64,000 nucleotides of DNA, from the NCBI GenBank assembly GCA_030740155.1, contig JASLXV010000020.1, positions 1 through 64,000 on the forward strand, written 5' to 3'. Position 1 is the stretch's first letter, and each line of letters begins with the position of its first letter. This document shows, piece after piece, positions 9,792-21,300 of this stretch. Position numbers and translations under genes: made by a program. The notes below the pieces were generated by a model. The model was not told the DNA's origin. It worked only from the letters and a program-made list of their open reading frames with translations, and searched no databases. Source of the stretch: Dehalococcoidia bacterium (lineage in GTDB: Bacteria > Chloroflexota > Dehalococcoidia > Lucifugimonadales > UBA3495).

Positions 9792-10892
9792 GTGGGACGG
9801 GTGCGATTGTTCTTGGCCGGCATGGCGGTTGGTTTCGCCGTGATGGCATGCCTTCCCGGATTCGAGGCGGGCAAACCCGCCCCGGAATTCCTGGGAATCG
9901 CCAACTGGATAAACTCGGAGCCCTTGACGCTGGAAGGGTTGCGGGGGAAAGTGGTCCTCATCGATTTCTGGACGTACACCTGCGTCAACTGCATCCGCAC
10001 CATACCTTTCCTGAAGGACTGGCACGCCAAATACTCTGACCATGGCCTGGTGATCGTGGGCGTTCATGCGCCGGAGTTCGAGTTCGAGAAGGTCACCCAG
10101 AACGTGATTGACGCGGCCGACGGGTTCGGCCTGGAGTACCCCATCGCCCAGGACAACGACTTCGCAACCTGGGGCGCCTACCGCAACCGCTTCTAGCCGG
10201 CCAAGTACCTGTTGGACCAGAAAGGCGTGATCCGCTACAACCACTTCGGCGAGGGCGCTTACAGCGAAACCGAAGAGCGGATCCGAGGCTTGCTGGAGGA
10301 CGCGGGTACCGATCTGACCGACGTGAAGGCCGGCGGCTCGCCGGCGCTTCCATACGATTCACCGGCCCCATCCCGCGGTTCGTCAAGCAAGCTCACTCGG
10401 GAAATTTACGGAGGGTTCGTGCGCAACCGGGGGACCGGCGGCCACTATATCGCGCAGGAGCAGTACTACGAGGGCTCGGAGCGCGTCGTGTCCTATGACG
10501 ACCCCGGCGAACACCAGAACCATTTCATCTATCTTCAAGGGCCCTGGTATAGCGGGGTCGAGTCGCTGCGCCACGCCCGGGAGACCGAGGCACACGAGGA
10601 CTACATCGGTCTGAAATTCCTCGCCACCAGCGTGAACGCGGTCATCGATCCCCAACGCAGCCAACCCTTCGACGTGCGAGTGACGATGGACGGGCGGGCC
10701 CTTCGCCGCGAAGAGGCCGGACCGGACCTGGAGTTCAGGGACGGCCGGAGCTTCTTCACGGTGGATGAGGGGCGCATGTATGAATTAGTGGCCCTGCCCG
10801 AGTTTGGCGATCACGAACTGCGCCTCAGCTCCAACTCAGACGGATTCGGCCTCTTCGCCTTCACCTTCGGCACTTTCGCCCAGGGCCCGTAA
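9792..10892 (+). CDS. DipZ-like redoxin (thioredoxin-fold) lipoprotein, interrupted by in-frame TAG at 10194-10196
   Basis: GKVVLIDFWTYTCVNCIRT, GVHAPEFEFEK, YRNRF*PAKYLLD (family has W-P-A here), HFGEGAY and the C-terminal FAFTFG. GGAGG precedes the GTG start; signal peptide ends in AC. Confidence 0.8.
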
Positions 10893-10927
10893 CCTCCGGC
10901 ACGATTCCGGTGCCACCTCGCCCTCCA

Positions 10928-10936
10928 TGCTATAAT
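10928..10936 (+). promoter_or_regulatory. Extended -10 element (TGnTATAAT) upstream of CoA-transferase
   Basis: TGCTATAAT in the intergenic region, 185 nt before 11121. Confidence 0.4.
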
Positions 10937-11120
10937 GCTCCCGGCTGGAAAACGCTTCATTCTTGGGACGTCGGCTTGGGACGCCGGCATCTCCCCCCAA
11001 ACCGACTCTCGACGGGGTCTGGGGACCTGCCATAAGTTCCGAGAACGAAGCTGCAGGCGTCCGTGGCGTAGATTCTGCCGGTAGATTTCACCGGTAGATT
11101 CCGAAGGGAGGGCTTCTGTT

Positions 11121-12326
11121 ATGGAAAAGGCACTGGAAGGCATCCAAGTTGTTGACTTCACCAGGGCCCAGGCTGGACCATCCTGCACCCAGATGCTGGC
11201 TTGGTTGGGAGCTAGCGTGGTCAAGGTGGAGGATCCCCACGGCGGCGACCAAACTCGCACCAACCTGGGCGGGTCCCCCGAATTGGATAGTCCCTTCTTT
11301 TTGCTCCTCAACGGCAACAAGCGCAGCATAACCTTGAACCTGCGAAGCGAGAAGGGCCAGGAGATCTGCAAGGAGATCATCAAACAGTCGGATATTCTGG
11401 TGGAGAACTACTCCCTGGGCGTGATGGAGCGTTTCAACCTGGGATGGGATACGTTGAAAGAGTTGAACCCCCGGCTCATCTACGCGACCATCAAGGGCTT
11501 CGGCACCTTCGGCCGTAACAGCGCCTACAAGTGCTTCGAGCAGATCGCCCAGGCCACCAGCGGCGCCATGAGCATGACCGGTTTCGCCGAAAACCCGCCA
11601 ACCGTCTCGGCGCCCAACGTGGGGGACTCGGGCACCGGCATGCACACGGTCATCGGCATTCTCAGCGCCCTCTGGCAGAGAGAGAAGACGGGCAAAGGCC
11701 AGATGGTGGAGGTGGCCATGCAGGACGCAGTGCTGAACCTCTTGAGGGTCAAGTTTACCGGACAGTACGCCAACGGCAAGAAGATCGAGCGGCTGGGCAA
11801 CTTCTCCACCGCCGGCTCGTTGGCGGGCGTCTATCCGTGCAAAGGAGACGGCGCCAACGACTTCGCCTTCATCAGCATCTCCCGGACCTCACCCTCCATG
11901 TGGAAGGGTGTTCTCAAAACCATCGAGCGGGAAGACCTGCTCAGCAACGAGGACTACGCCGACCCCAAATACAGAGTGGAGCACGCTGATGAGATCGTGG
12001 CTATAATCACCGATTGGACGCGGCGGCATGACAAGGAGACGGTCATGCATTCGATGGCCAGGAACGGTGTGCCATGTGGGGCCACCATGGACAGCGCAGA
12101 GGTGATGGCGGACCCCCACCTTTGGGAAAGGGGCATGATTACCACGGTGGAGCAGCAGAAGCGGGGGCCAATGGACATGATCGGCTGCCCAATAAAGCTG
12201 GACGATTCACCGGTGGAGATCACGCCGGCGCCGCTTCTGGGCCAACACACCGAAGAGATACTGGCACAATTCCTGGGCTACGACGCGTCGCAAGCCGAGC
12301 AGCTCAAATCCGACGGCGTAGTTTAG
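11121..12326 (+). CDS. Class III CoA-transferase (formyl-CoA transferase-like, CaiB/BaiF)
   Basis: QAGPSCTQMLAWLGA, NKRSITLNL, and NVGDSGTGMH with the catalytic Asp as in Frc. Confidence 0.9.
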   Translation: MEKALEGIQVVDFTRAQAGPSCTQMLAWLGASVVKVEDPHGGDQTRTNLGGSPELDSPFFLLLNGNKRSITLNLRSEKGQEICKEIIKQSDILVENYSLGVMERFNLGWDTLKELNPRLIYATIKGFGTFGRNSAYKCFEQIAQATSGAMSMTGFAENPPTVSAPNVGDSGTGMHTVIGILSALWQREKTGKGQMVEVAMQDAVLNLLRVKFTGQYANGKKIERLGNFSTAGSLAGVYPCKGDGANDFAFISISRTSPSMWKGVLKTIEREDLLSNEDYADPKYRVEHADEIVAIITDWTRRHDKETVMHSMARNGVPCGATMDSAEVMADPHLWERGMITTVEQQKRGPMDMIGCPIKLDDSPVEITPAPLLGQHTEEILAQFLGYDASQAEQLKSDGVV

Positions 12327-12352
12327 ACCCCAGTCAGCTCAATTGCCGCCAA

Positions 12353-12410
12353 TGTCATTGGTACGAAAGTGTCATGCCGAGCCAGCCGCAGCGGCGAGGC
12401 ATCTGGGGTG
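12353..12410 (+). repeat. Dispersed repeat family C (partial copy)
   Basis: TGTCATTGGTACGA..TGTCATGCCGAGCCAGCCGC..CGAGGCATCTGGGGTGG recurs at 35637 and, inverted, at about 47853-47939. Confidence 0.8.
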
Positions 12411-12456
12411 GCGTCCATCTTCGTCGGCCGTGGTGCTGGTGGTAGCCAGCATGAAT

Positions 12457-12525
12457 GATTCCGAGTGAAGCGAGGAATCTAGTCGCCACGCTGAGATTCC
12501 TCGCCTCTATGCGCCTCGGAATGAC
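12457..12525. repeat. Palindromic repeat family B
   Basis: ATTCCGAGTGAAGCGAGGAATCT...AGATTCCTCGC...CTCGGAATGAC; similar to 31180-31252. Confidence 0.75.
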
Positions 12526-12732
12526 ATCCCGTAATAACCAGGTTGACCGAGTCTCAGTCCGGCGTCCGGCTGATGGCCCGGCAGCCGGTCCGTCATCCCG
12601 GCGATCATTGGGATCCAGCTAGCCCCCCTCAGGATTTCGGCCCCGATCCGATCTGGGGCGATCGTGGCGAGGGGAAGCTGCCCGGCATCGCCAGTGTGAA
12701 GCTATCTACAACATGGCGGGCCAAGCCCCGCG

Positions 12733-14673
12733 TCAGATCCGGCGGCCCGCCATGGTCCCCTCGAACATTGCCTCGGCGATGGAGCGGGGCTCCACGCTGT
12801 CGCCTATCACGTGCACCTCGTTCACGAGGCGGGCGGCCTCATCGGCCAGGGACCGTTGAGGGACCGCGCCTCGGGCGATGACCACCAGGTCGGCAGCGAG
12901 GAATTCTTCTTCTTTGTCCGGTCCGATCAAGGTTAGACCCTGCCTGTTGATCTCCTTCACGTCGTGGTCTCCGATGAACTTCACGTCGGCGTTCCTCAAG
13001 CGTCTGAGGAGGGGCGCCCGGTAGGTGGGGGCGGCGTCGATGGCGAGTTGGGAAATCGGCGACCGGGTCACCACGGTGACGGTGGCGCCTCGCAGAGTCA
13101 GGAACTCGGCCGTTTCGGTCCCGACGCGCCGCCCGCCGAGGACCACCACCTGCTTCCCCTCGGTCTCCAGTTGGTCTTCCAGCACGCGGAAGGCGGTGAC
13201 GACGTTGTCGCCATCGATGCCCGGTATGTCCGGGATGAGCGGAACGGCACCCGTTGCCACCACCAGTACATCGGGTGCTTCTCGTTCCACCATGGCGGCG
13301 TCCACCGGCGAGCCCGAGTGGACCTTTACCGGCAGTTGTTCGAGCCGCCGCGTCAGGTACTCTCCCAGCCAGCGCAGTTTTTCTTTGTGAGGCGGAGCCT
13401 CCGCCAGCGTGAGTTGACCGCCGCCCAGGACCGGCGTCGATTCGTAGAGACTAACCTGGTGCCCGCGCAGGGCCGCGACGCGCGCGACTTCCATTCCGGC
13501 CGGACCACCGCCCACCACCATCACCTTCCGGGAAGCGGCCGCGGGCTCGGGCTCGTGCAGCCATCCCTCCCGGCCCAACTGGGGATTGATGAGGCACCGG
13601 ACGGGAAGACCCCGGTACAAGCGGAAGCGGCACTCGTCGCAGGAGATGCACCTGAGGATCTCGTCCTCGCGGCCCTGAGATGCCTTGTTTGCCCAGTGGG
13701 CGTCGGACATCAGCGCCCTGGCCAAAGCCACGTAATCGGCCTTGCCCTCAGCGAGGATGCTCTCCGCCACCGCGGGCTCTCGGATCTCCCCTACACACAT
13801 CACCGGAATGGTTACAGCTTTCTTGACCGCGTGAACGTAGTCGGCAAGATACCCTTGCGGGATGGACATTGGACTGGTCTCCGGGGGCAGCAGTGAGATG
13901 GGCGCCGTGCCGCCGATGGACACGTTGAGGGCATCCACCCCCGCCTCAGCCCACTGGGCGGCGAAGGCCACGCTATCTTCAAGGCCGTAGCCGCCCTCGG
14001 TGCTGAGCCGGTATATCACCGGGTACTCCGGCCCCACCGCCTTGCGGACACTGCGTATCACCTCCAGGGTGAAGCGCATCCTGTTCTCCGGGCTGCCCCC
14101 ATATTCGTCAGTGCGCTTGTTGGAGGCCGGGGACAGGAACTGGTGAAGGAGGTAGCCATGGGCTCCGTGGACCTCCACGGAGTCGTAACCAGCCCGCTTG
14201 GCCCTGTAGGCGGCCTCGCCGTGGCGCTCCACCAGCGCGGCGATTTCGTCGAGGGTCAACGCGTCCGGGGTCGTGTGAAGGTCCTTGACCGCTGAGGGCG
14301 CCACCATGCGGCCCCCGTTGAACTTCGGGTTGGCGCGGGCCCCGCCGTGGTGCAGCTGGATGGCGATCTTGGCCTCGTAGCGATGCACCGCTTCGGTCAA
14401 CCGCACGTGGCTGGACAGCAGTTCGTCCCGGTCGATGCCTAACTGGCAGCCGAAGGCCTTGCCCACCGGATCGACGTTACTGGCCTCCACTATTATGAGC
14501 CCTACGCCTCCCTTGGCCCGCTCCGCCAGGTAATCCCGGTGCACCTGGGAGGCGGCGCCGGTGTCGGTGGCGAACTGGGTGACGATTGGGGCCATCACGA
14601 CGCGGTTTCGCAGTCGCATGGTCCCGATGGTGCCGGGGGAAAAGAGCTTCTCGTAGCGAGTGTCGACTGGCAT
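12733..14673 (-). CDS. NADH:flavin oxidoreductase (Old Yellow Enzyme / 2,4-dienoyl-CoA reductase-like, Fe-S flavoprotein)
   Basis: EVHGAHGYLLHQFLSP..NKRTDEYGGS, CISCDEC...C cluster motif, VVGGGPAG. AGGAGG precedes the ATG at 14673. Confidence 0.92.
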   Translation of the reverse strand: MPVDTRYEKLFSPGTIGTMRLRNRVVMAPIVTQFATDTGAASQVHRDYLAERAKGGVGLIIVEASNVDPVGKAFGCQLGIDRDELLSSHVRLTEAVHRYEAKIAIQLHHGGARANPKFNGGRMVAPSAVKDLHTTPDALTLDEIAALVERHGEAAYRAKRAGYDSVEVHGAHGYLLHQFLSPASNKRTDEYGGSPENRMRFTLEVIRSVRKAVGPEYPVIYRLSTEGGYGLEDSVAFAAQWAEAGVDALNVSIGGTAPISLLPPETSPMSIPQGYLADYVHAVKKAVTIPVMCVGEIREPAVAESILAEGKADYVALARALMSDAHWANKASQGREDEILRCISCDECRFRLYRGLPVRCLINPQLGREGWLHEPEPAAASRKVMVVGGGPAGMEVARVAALRGHQVSLYESTPVLGGGQLTLAEAPPHKEKLRWLGEYLTRRLEQLPVKVHSGSPVDAAMVEREAPDVLVVATGAVPLIPDIPGIDGDNVVTAFRVLEDQLETEGKQVVVLGGRRVGTETAEFLTLRGATVTVVTRSPISQLAIDAAPTYRAPLLRRLRNADVKFIGDHDVKEINRQGLTLIGPDKEEEFLAADLVVIARGAVPQRSLADEAARLVNEVHVIGDSVEPRSIAEAMFEGTMAGRRI

Positions 14674-14930
14674 GGGTGACCTCCTGTTTCCAGGAGATGG
14701 GGCTACCCCATCTGGCCTGGTCCGATGACGAACCTGAGTGTAGCAGTGCCTTGTTGGGCCGTCAAACAAGCCGGCCCGTTGGGGAGCTATCAGAACAAGC
14801 GCGTCTGATTTGTTGCCCTGGGGACAGGGCATACCAGGCGATTGGCGTCCCTCGGGTCGTTCCGGCGCGGGCTGGGAGCCAGGAATGTAGGTTTCCATGC
14901 GGCGTTCGCCCCAAAGATGGATGACGCGCC

Positions 14931-14980
14931 TGGATTCCGGCCTTCGCCGGAATGACGAGGGTGAGTAGCCGGAATGACGA
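14931..14980. repeat. Short palindromic repeat family D (ATTCCGGC-CTTC-GCCGGAATGAC)
   Basis: TGGATTCCGGCCTTCGCCGGAATGACGAGGGT followed by a second GCCGGAATGACGAGGGT. Confidence 0.65.
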
Positions 14981-15168
14981 GGGTAGGTAAGCGGCCCGCT
15001 TCCCTCACTCTTTCAGAATGTCTCAGGATGAAGGAGCCCAGACGCCTGAATTCAAGAAGCGATCGACCCGAGGCGCATTGCCTCCGGTTGACTCCGGTTC
15101 AACCTGGCACTAGACTGACAACTGTCCGGCCCGCACGCCTGCCGAATCCTGGTACCGGGGATCCGCCC

Positions 15169-18100
15169 ATGGCAGATTCACGCCTGTATCTCGAAGCCTA
15201 TGGCCCTCCGGCGTTGGAGCGCCTGGCCAGCCTGGTTGACGAAGCCAAGAGGGCCGACGTTCTGGCGCCGGTGACCGTCGTCGTGCCCACCCAATACGCG
15301 GGGCTCTCGCTCCGCCGTGATCTGGCTTCGGGACAGGGGTTGGTCAACGTGCGCTTCATGGTCCCGGCGCGGCTGGCTGAATTCCTCGGCTCTCCCACTC
15401 TGGCGGAGCGAGGAAAGAAACCGCTTTCTCCGCTTGCCGAGCAGGAAGCCATCCGCGCCCTGGCCGGCCGCCTGGCCGGTGATGGGCCGATGGGGCCGGT
15501 CGCCCAGCATCCGAGCCTCCACTCCTCTCTGCTGAGCACCTTCAGAGACCTGGACCGGTTATCCAACGACGAGCTATCAAGCTTGGAGGGTATGGACCCT
15601 CTCCGGTCCCAGATGGTCCATTGGTACCGGGCCGTCCGGGAGCGGCTCGGCGGCTACTATGGCGTTGAAGAGCTGGCGTGGGCCGCCGCCGCGGCGGTGC
15701 GGGATGGCAAAGCGGCCAGTGCCCTGCGCGACCTGGGCCTCGTCATTTTCCATCTGGCACGGGCGCCTTCTCCGGGGGAAGCCGGCCTGGTGAACGCCCT
15801 CGGCGAAATCGGCCAGTGCGCCATGATCCTCGGCCTCACCGGAGATGTGGAGCCCGATGCCGTGGCCAAGGATGTCGCGGCGAGATTTCAACTTGTCCTG
15901 GGAGCGGCGCAACTCGCCGGCCCGGCGCCAGGGAGCTTCGACGCCCATCATCTGGTGAGCGCCTCGGATGTCCGGGAAGAGGTCAGGTGGGTGGTGCGTT
16001 ACATCGCCGGCCGGGCCGAGGGCGGTCTGCCCTTTCATCGAATGGCCGTGCTGTACCGGCAGTCCGGCCCGTACGCTTCCCTCGTCCCGAGCCAGTTGCG
16101 GCTGGCCGGTATCCCGGTTGCCGGCCCCGACCCGGCGCCGCTGCGGGACACGCCGGCAGGGAAACTCTTACTGTCCCTCATGTCCGTCCTGGAAAGCGAC
16201 CTCAGCCGGGACAGCGTCATGGGCTGGATAGCCGAGACCCCGGTGAACCTCGGCGCGGGTGGCGGCCTTGCCGGGGATCAGTTGGTCCGGTGGGAAATCG
16301 TTTCTCGCAGAGCCGGAGTGGTGAAGGGCGCTGGCCAGTGGCAGGAGCGGGTCAGCCATTACCAGGACCGCCTGGCCCAACAGCTTGCCGCCGCCGAGGC
16401 CATCGACGAGGAAGCGCCCTCCCGGCTCAGGGGACTGGGCGAGTTGGTGTCATCCGCGGCCGGCCTCACAGCGTTCATCCGGCGGCTTTCCAGGCACCGC
16501 CCCCCGGCCGATGGGAGCAAGTGGCAGGAATTTGGAAAGTGGGCCCAGGACCTCTTGATGGAGTATGCCAGCGACCCCGAGGAATGGCCGGAGGAGCATC
16601 GCGCCAGCTATGAACGGGTCGTGGGTGCTGTCGAAGACCTGGCCGGGCTGGATGACCTGTCCACGGGGACCGATCTGGCCGGCTTTCACCGGACGCTGAA
16701 CGACGCCCTGGGCGTGCCTTCGGGGCATAGCGGGCTGACCGGGTCCGGGGTATTCGTGGCGCAGGCCGCCGCTGCCCAGGGGATGCAATTCGACGTGGTT
16801 TTTCTGGCCGGCATGGCCGAAGGGGCCTTCCCGCCTCATGCGGCGGATGACCCGATGCTGCCCGATTCCATGCGGGAAGCGGTCGGCGAGGGGGCCGGTC
16901 TGCCGCTGCGGAGGGACCGGCGAATCGAGGAGCGCCGGTCGTTTCTGGCCGCCCTGGCCGCCGGCGGCGAGCGAGTCCTTTCCTATCCCAGGACGAGCGC
17001 CTCCGCTCGACAAGGCCAGCATCCTTCGCCCTGGTTCCTGGAAGCCGCCGGGCGTCTGAACGGCAGCCCCGTGAGTTCAGCCGGCATCGCGAAATTGGGA
17101 ACCCAGACCTGGCTTTCGGTCATCCACTCCTCTGAGCACTCCCTGGAGTTCGTGAAACGGTTGGCCCCGGCCGATTCCCACGACTATGACGTCGAGAGCG
17201 TGGCCCGGTGGTGGGCCCAGGGCCATCGCCTGGGGGACCATTTCCTGGCCACGGAGTCTACCCCGGTGGGCCGGTTTATGGCGATGGAACGGGGCCGGCT
17301 GGGGCCGGACTTCACGGCCTGGGACGGGCGCCTGTTCCAAATGGCCGGCAAGAGCCAGCGGCTGTCCCTTCCCGTGGACAGCGAGGTTTCCCCCACCCGG
17401 CTGGAGCGCTGGGCCGTCTGTCCCTTCCGGTACTTCATGGGCGACGTTCTGAATCTCTCCGCCATGGAGCCGCCCGAAGAAGCCCTGGTCATCTCGTCCT
17501 TGGACCGCGGGGTGGTCCTGCACGACATACTGGAGCGCTTCATCAAGACGGTGACGGAACGGGGGGAACTGCCCGGCTACGGCGAGCCATGGGACAGCGG
17601 GCATCTTCGATTGTTGCAGGACATTGGCGAAAAGGAGTTCGACCGGGCCGAAGCCGAGGGCGTCACCGGGAAGAACCTTTTGTGGCAGGTGGTCAAGGCA
17701 GAGTTTCGGCAGGACCTGGACGCGTTCCTGGAGGAAGATAGCCGCTGGCGGTCCGAGGAGGGCTCCCGGCCTCTATGGGCCGAGCGGCCCTTCGGCATGG
17801 CCGATGCAGGCAGCCTGCCTCCGGTGGTGTTGACGCTGCCGGACGGGGGCCGCCTCCGTTTTCGGGGCCGGATCGACCGCGTCGACTCAGCGGCCGGCGG
17901 CACGAAAGTCGTGGTGATCGATTACAAGTCCGGGGGGACGAGCTACTACCAGGACATGAAGGACGACCCTCTCGCCGGGGGCCGGCACCTGCAGCTTCCG
18001 GTTTACGCCCTGGCCGCCCGCTTCGGCACCGGCGGGGAGCCGGATGCCGATGTCGAAGCCTGCTACTGGTTCGCGACCGCGCGAGGCGGTTTCGAGCGGA

Positions 18101-18378
18101 GGACGGTCTCGCTGGCCCAGGTGGAGGACCGGTTCCTGGAGGTGGTCGAGGGTATCGCCTCGGGCATCCAGCAGGGGCTCTTCCCGGCGAATCCGGGCCC
18201 TCCGGGCTGGGAGGGAAAGCCGCGAAACTGCCAGTTCTGCGACTTCGACCGCATCTGCCCGGCGAACCGGGAGGTCCTGTGGGCCCGCAAACGAGGTAAC
18301 CCGGAGCTTGGTCCCTATCTGAACCTCGCTGACCTGAACCTCTCCGGCACGGCCGGCACCGAGGAGGCCGCCGAATGA
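15169..18378 (+). CDS. addB: AddB-like subunit: degenerate helicase fold plus C-terminal PD-(D/E)XK nuclease with Fe-S staple
   Basis: SPTRLERWAVCPFRYF, RGRIDRVD, VIDYKSG, LQLPVYA, CQFCDFDRIC (4 Cys). No Walker A motif. Confidence 0.8.
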   Translation: MADSRLYLEAYGPPALERLASLVDEAKRADVLAPVTVVVPTQYAGLSLRRDLASGQGLVNVRFMVPARLAEFLGSPTLAERGKKPLSPLAEQEAIRALAGRLAGDGPMGPVAQHPSLHSSLLSTFRDLDRLSNDELSSLEGMDPLRSQMVHWYRAVRERLGGYYGVEELAWAAAAAVRDGKAASALRDLGLVIFHLARAPSPGEAGLVNALGEIGQCAMILGLTGDVEPDAVAKDVAARFQLVLGAAQLAGPAPGSFDAHHLVSASDVREEVRWVVRYIAGRAEGGLPFHRMAVLYRQSGPYASLVPSQLRLAGIPVAGPDPAPLRDTPAGKLLLSLMSVLESDLSRDSVMGWIAETPVNLGAGGGLAGDQLVRWEIVSRRAGVVKGAGQWQERVSHYQDRLAQQLAAAEAIDEEAPSRLRGLGELVSSAAGLTAFIRRLSRHRPPADGSKWQEFGKWAQDLLMEYASDPEEWPEEHRASYERVVGAVEDLAGLDDLSTGTDLAGFHRTLNDALGVPSGHSGLTGSGVFVAQAAAAQGMQFDVVFLAGMAEGAFPPHAADDPMLPDSMREAVGEGAGLPLRRDRRIEERRSFLAALAAGGERVLSYPRTSASARQGQHPSPWFLEAAGRLNGSPVSSAGIAKLGTQTWLSVIHSSEHSLEFVKRLAPADSHDYDVESVARWWAQGHRLGDHFLATESTPVGRFMAMERGRLGPDFTAWDGRLFQMAGKSQRLSLPVDSEVSPTRLERWAVCPFRYFMGDVLNLSAMEPPEEALVISSLDRGVVLHDILERFIKTVTERGELPGYGEPWDSGHLRLLQDIGEKEFDRAEAEGVTGKNLLWQVVKAEFRQDLDAFLEEDSRWRSEEGSRPLWAERPFGMADAGSLPPVVLTLPDGGRLRFRGRIDRVDSAAGGTKVVVIDYKSGGTSYYQDMKDDPLAGGRHLQLPVYALAARFGTGGEPDADVEACYWFATARGGFERRTVSLAQVEDRFLEVVEGIASGIQQGLFPANPGPPGWEGKPRNCQFCDFDRICPANREVLWARKRGNPELGPYLNLADLNLSGTAGTEEAAE

Positions 18379-21300
18379 CCGGGGGAGTCATGCCCATCGA
18401 CCAGGCCCAGCGCGACCGGATCGCCCGGTCGCTGGACGAGACGCTGTTCGTGGAGGCCGGTGCCGGCACCGGAAAGACCACGGCGCTGGTGACCCGCATC
18501 GCGGAGTTGCTGGCCTCCGGCCGGGCGGATATCGACAGCATCGCCGCCATCACCTTCACCGAGGCGGCGGCTTCCGAGCTTGGGGAAAAGGTCCGGTTGG
18601 CATTGGAAACCTTAGCCCGGGACCCGGACCGCGGCGAGGCCGAGAGAGAGCGCTGCCTCAAGGCAACCCGTGGCATGGAGAGGGCGTCAATCCAGACCCT
18701 GCACGGCTTCGCCGGCTCGTTGCTCCGGCAGCGGCCGCTGGAGGCCGGACTCCCGCCCGGCTTCGAGACCGTCGAGGAGATCGGGGCCGGACTCGATTTC
18801 GAGCGGCGGTGGCAGGAATGGCTGGACCAGGCACTGGAAGCGGCGGAGATTGGTCCCCTCATCCTGAAGGCCCTGTCCCTGGGGTTGCGACTGGATGACC
18901 TGTCCACCATCGCAAGGGACTTTCACCGGAGCTACGATTTGCTGGATAACCCGTTCCCGGCGGCGGCGGAGCCGGCCGGGCGGGCGGTGCAGGCCCTGGT
19001 TGAAGCAGCCGGAGAGATCAAGAGGCTGCTTCCCCTCGCCCGGTTCGGACCGGATGACCCCCTCGCTTCCCATGCCGGCCGGGTGGCCGCCCTGGCAGAC
19101 CGGCTCGGCGCGGCGGAGGGTTGGCGGGACTCGGCCTTCGGTGTCCTGGTCCGGTGGGGAAAGCTGTCGTTTTCAAGGGGAAGGAAGCCGGACTGGGGGG
19201 ACGATCCGGCGACGGCAAACAACGGTTGCACGGCCATGAAGGACCTCCTGCGGGAGCTGGAAGAGGTGAAAGCTCAAGAACTGGAAGGCCTCCGGCGGGC
19301 GGCGCTGCTGCCTTTGCTGGAAAGCCTGCGGACCTTTGTCCTGGGCTATGCGGGCGAGCGGCGTGGCCTCGGAAAGGCGGAGTTCCACGACCTCCTGGTG
19401 TGGGCCCGGGACCTGCTTCGGGACAACCGGGAGGTCAGGAGTCATTTCCGGCGGCGTTACAGCCATATCTTGATCGACGAGTTTCAGGATATCGACCCAA
19501 TCCAGGCAGAGATCGCATTCTTCCTGTCCGGCCATCCGGCGGCAGAGGATGCAGAAGATGCCGGGCCGGCGGACTGGACGCGCACGCGAATCGTCCCGGG
19601 CAAGCTGTTTCTGGTCGGAGACACCAAGCAGTCCATCTACCGGTTTCGCCGGGCCGACATAGCCTCCCTGGGGCGGATACGCGCCCTCCTGGGTAAGGAG
19701 AGCACGCCACTGGTGCAGAACTTTCGCTCCCAGGGGCCGGTCATCTCCTGGGTCAACGCCCTGTTCGAAAAGTGGATGACCGACGACGCCGCTACCGGCC
19801 TGCAAGCCCCTTACATCTCTCTTTCCGCCAGTTGGCAGCCCCCCGGGGCCACTCCACCTCTTGGGGTCCACTGGGCCGGTGGGGTGCGAAAGGCTCCGGC
19901 GCCGGAGGTCCGCCGGGAAGAGAGCGAGACCATCGCCGTGCTGGTCCACGACATCCGATCCGCTCCCTGGAGCGTGCGCGAAGCCGGTTCCCCGGCACTG
20001 CGGGCCGCCAGGTATCAGGACATCTGCATCCTGTTGCCCACCCGCACCGGCCTGCCCTCGCTGGAGCAGGCGCTGGATGACGCCGCCATCCCCTACCGGG
20101 TGGAAGGCCCGTCCCTGGTTCTGGGCACCCAGGACGTCCGCGACCTCCTCGGTTGCTTGCGAGCCATTGACGCCCCGGCCGACCAGGTTGCCTTGGTGGC
20201 CGCGCTCCGGTCGTCGGCATTTGCCTGCAGCGACGTGGAGCTTCTTGAGTTCGTGGAAAACGGCGGAAAGTTGGACTACCTCGAACCCGGCCTAGCCGGC
20301 GGGCCGGTGGGGGAGGCCCTGGAGGTGCTATGCCGGTACCACCGGGATCGGGTGTGGGAACCGCCGGACCGGCTCATCGAGAGGTTTGTGCGGGAACGCC
20401 GGATGGTGGAGGCCTGCTTCGGGAAAGCCAGGCCTCGGGAACGGTGGCGGAGGATACGCTTCGTCGTCGAGCGTTCCCGGGTTTTCGCCGAGGTTGAAGG
20501 GGGCTCGCTCCGGGCTTTTCTGGACTGGATCGAAGGCCAAGCCAGGGAAGGGGCCCGCATGGTAGAAGCTCCCGTGCTCGAGACCGATGAGGATGCCGTC
20601 CGCATCATGACCATCCACTCCTCCAAAGGGCTGGAATTTCCCATCGTCGTGCTGGCTGGCCTGGGGGTCGGCCGGGGTCATCGGACCGGACCGGTCATTT
20701 TCGACCGGACCACCGGGTCGGTGGAGGTGCGCGCCGGGGCCTTTGCCACCGCTGGGTATGAGGACGCGCAAATACAGGAACGCGCGGCGGACCGGGCGGA
20801 AGGAGTCCGGTTGATGTACGTGGCCGCCACTCGGGCGAGGGATCACCTGATCGTCAGTCTGTTTCATCCGGCCCAGGCCAAGGGGTCCCCGGCGGCGATC
20901 ATCAGCGGGCTGGGCTCGGAGAGCGACGGCCTCTGGAACGAGGTTTCCATCCCGGATAATCCCGCCACGGGGGAACCCTTCAGGCCGAACGGGACCGGCG
21001 ACGGCTCGGCGGATACCGATGCCGATCGGACGGTATGGGCCCAGCGGCGCGAAGCGGTTATCCGGCGTGCCTCCAGGCCGGCCAGCCTGGCCGTGACCGC
21101 CCTCGCCAGGATAGACAAGGAAGAGGCGGAGCGCGGCGAAGTGCACTATCGGCGGGGCCGTGGTGGCAGCACCCTCGGACGGGCCGTTCACAGCGTGCTG
21201 CAAATTGTGGACCTGGCCACCGGGATGAACCTGGAGGACATCAGCCGGGCCCAGGCCGCCGCCGAGGGCATTGCGGACCGTTGGCAAGAGGTGGCAAGCC

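Noticed and set aside
14674..15168. N-terminal extensions of ORFs 12733..14898 and 14974..18378
   Set aside because: They run through intergenic and repeat DNA; better starts are at 14673 (AGGAGG) and 15169.
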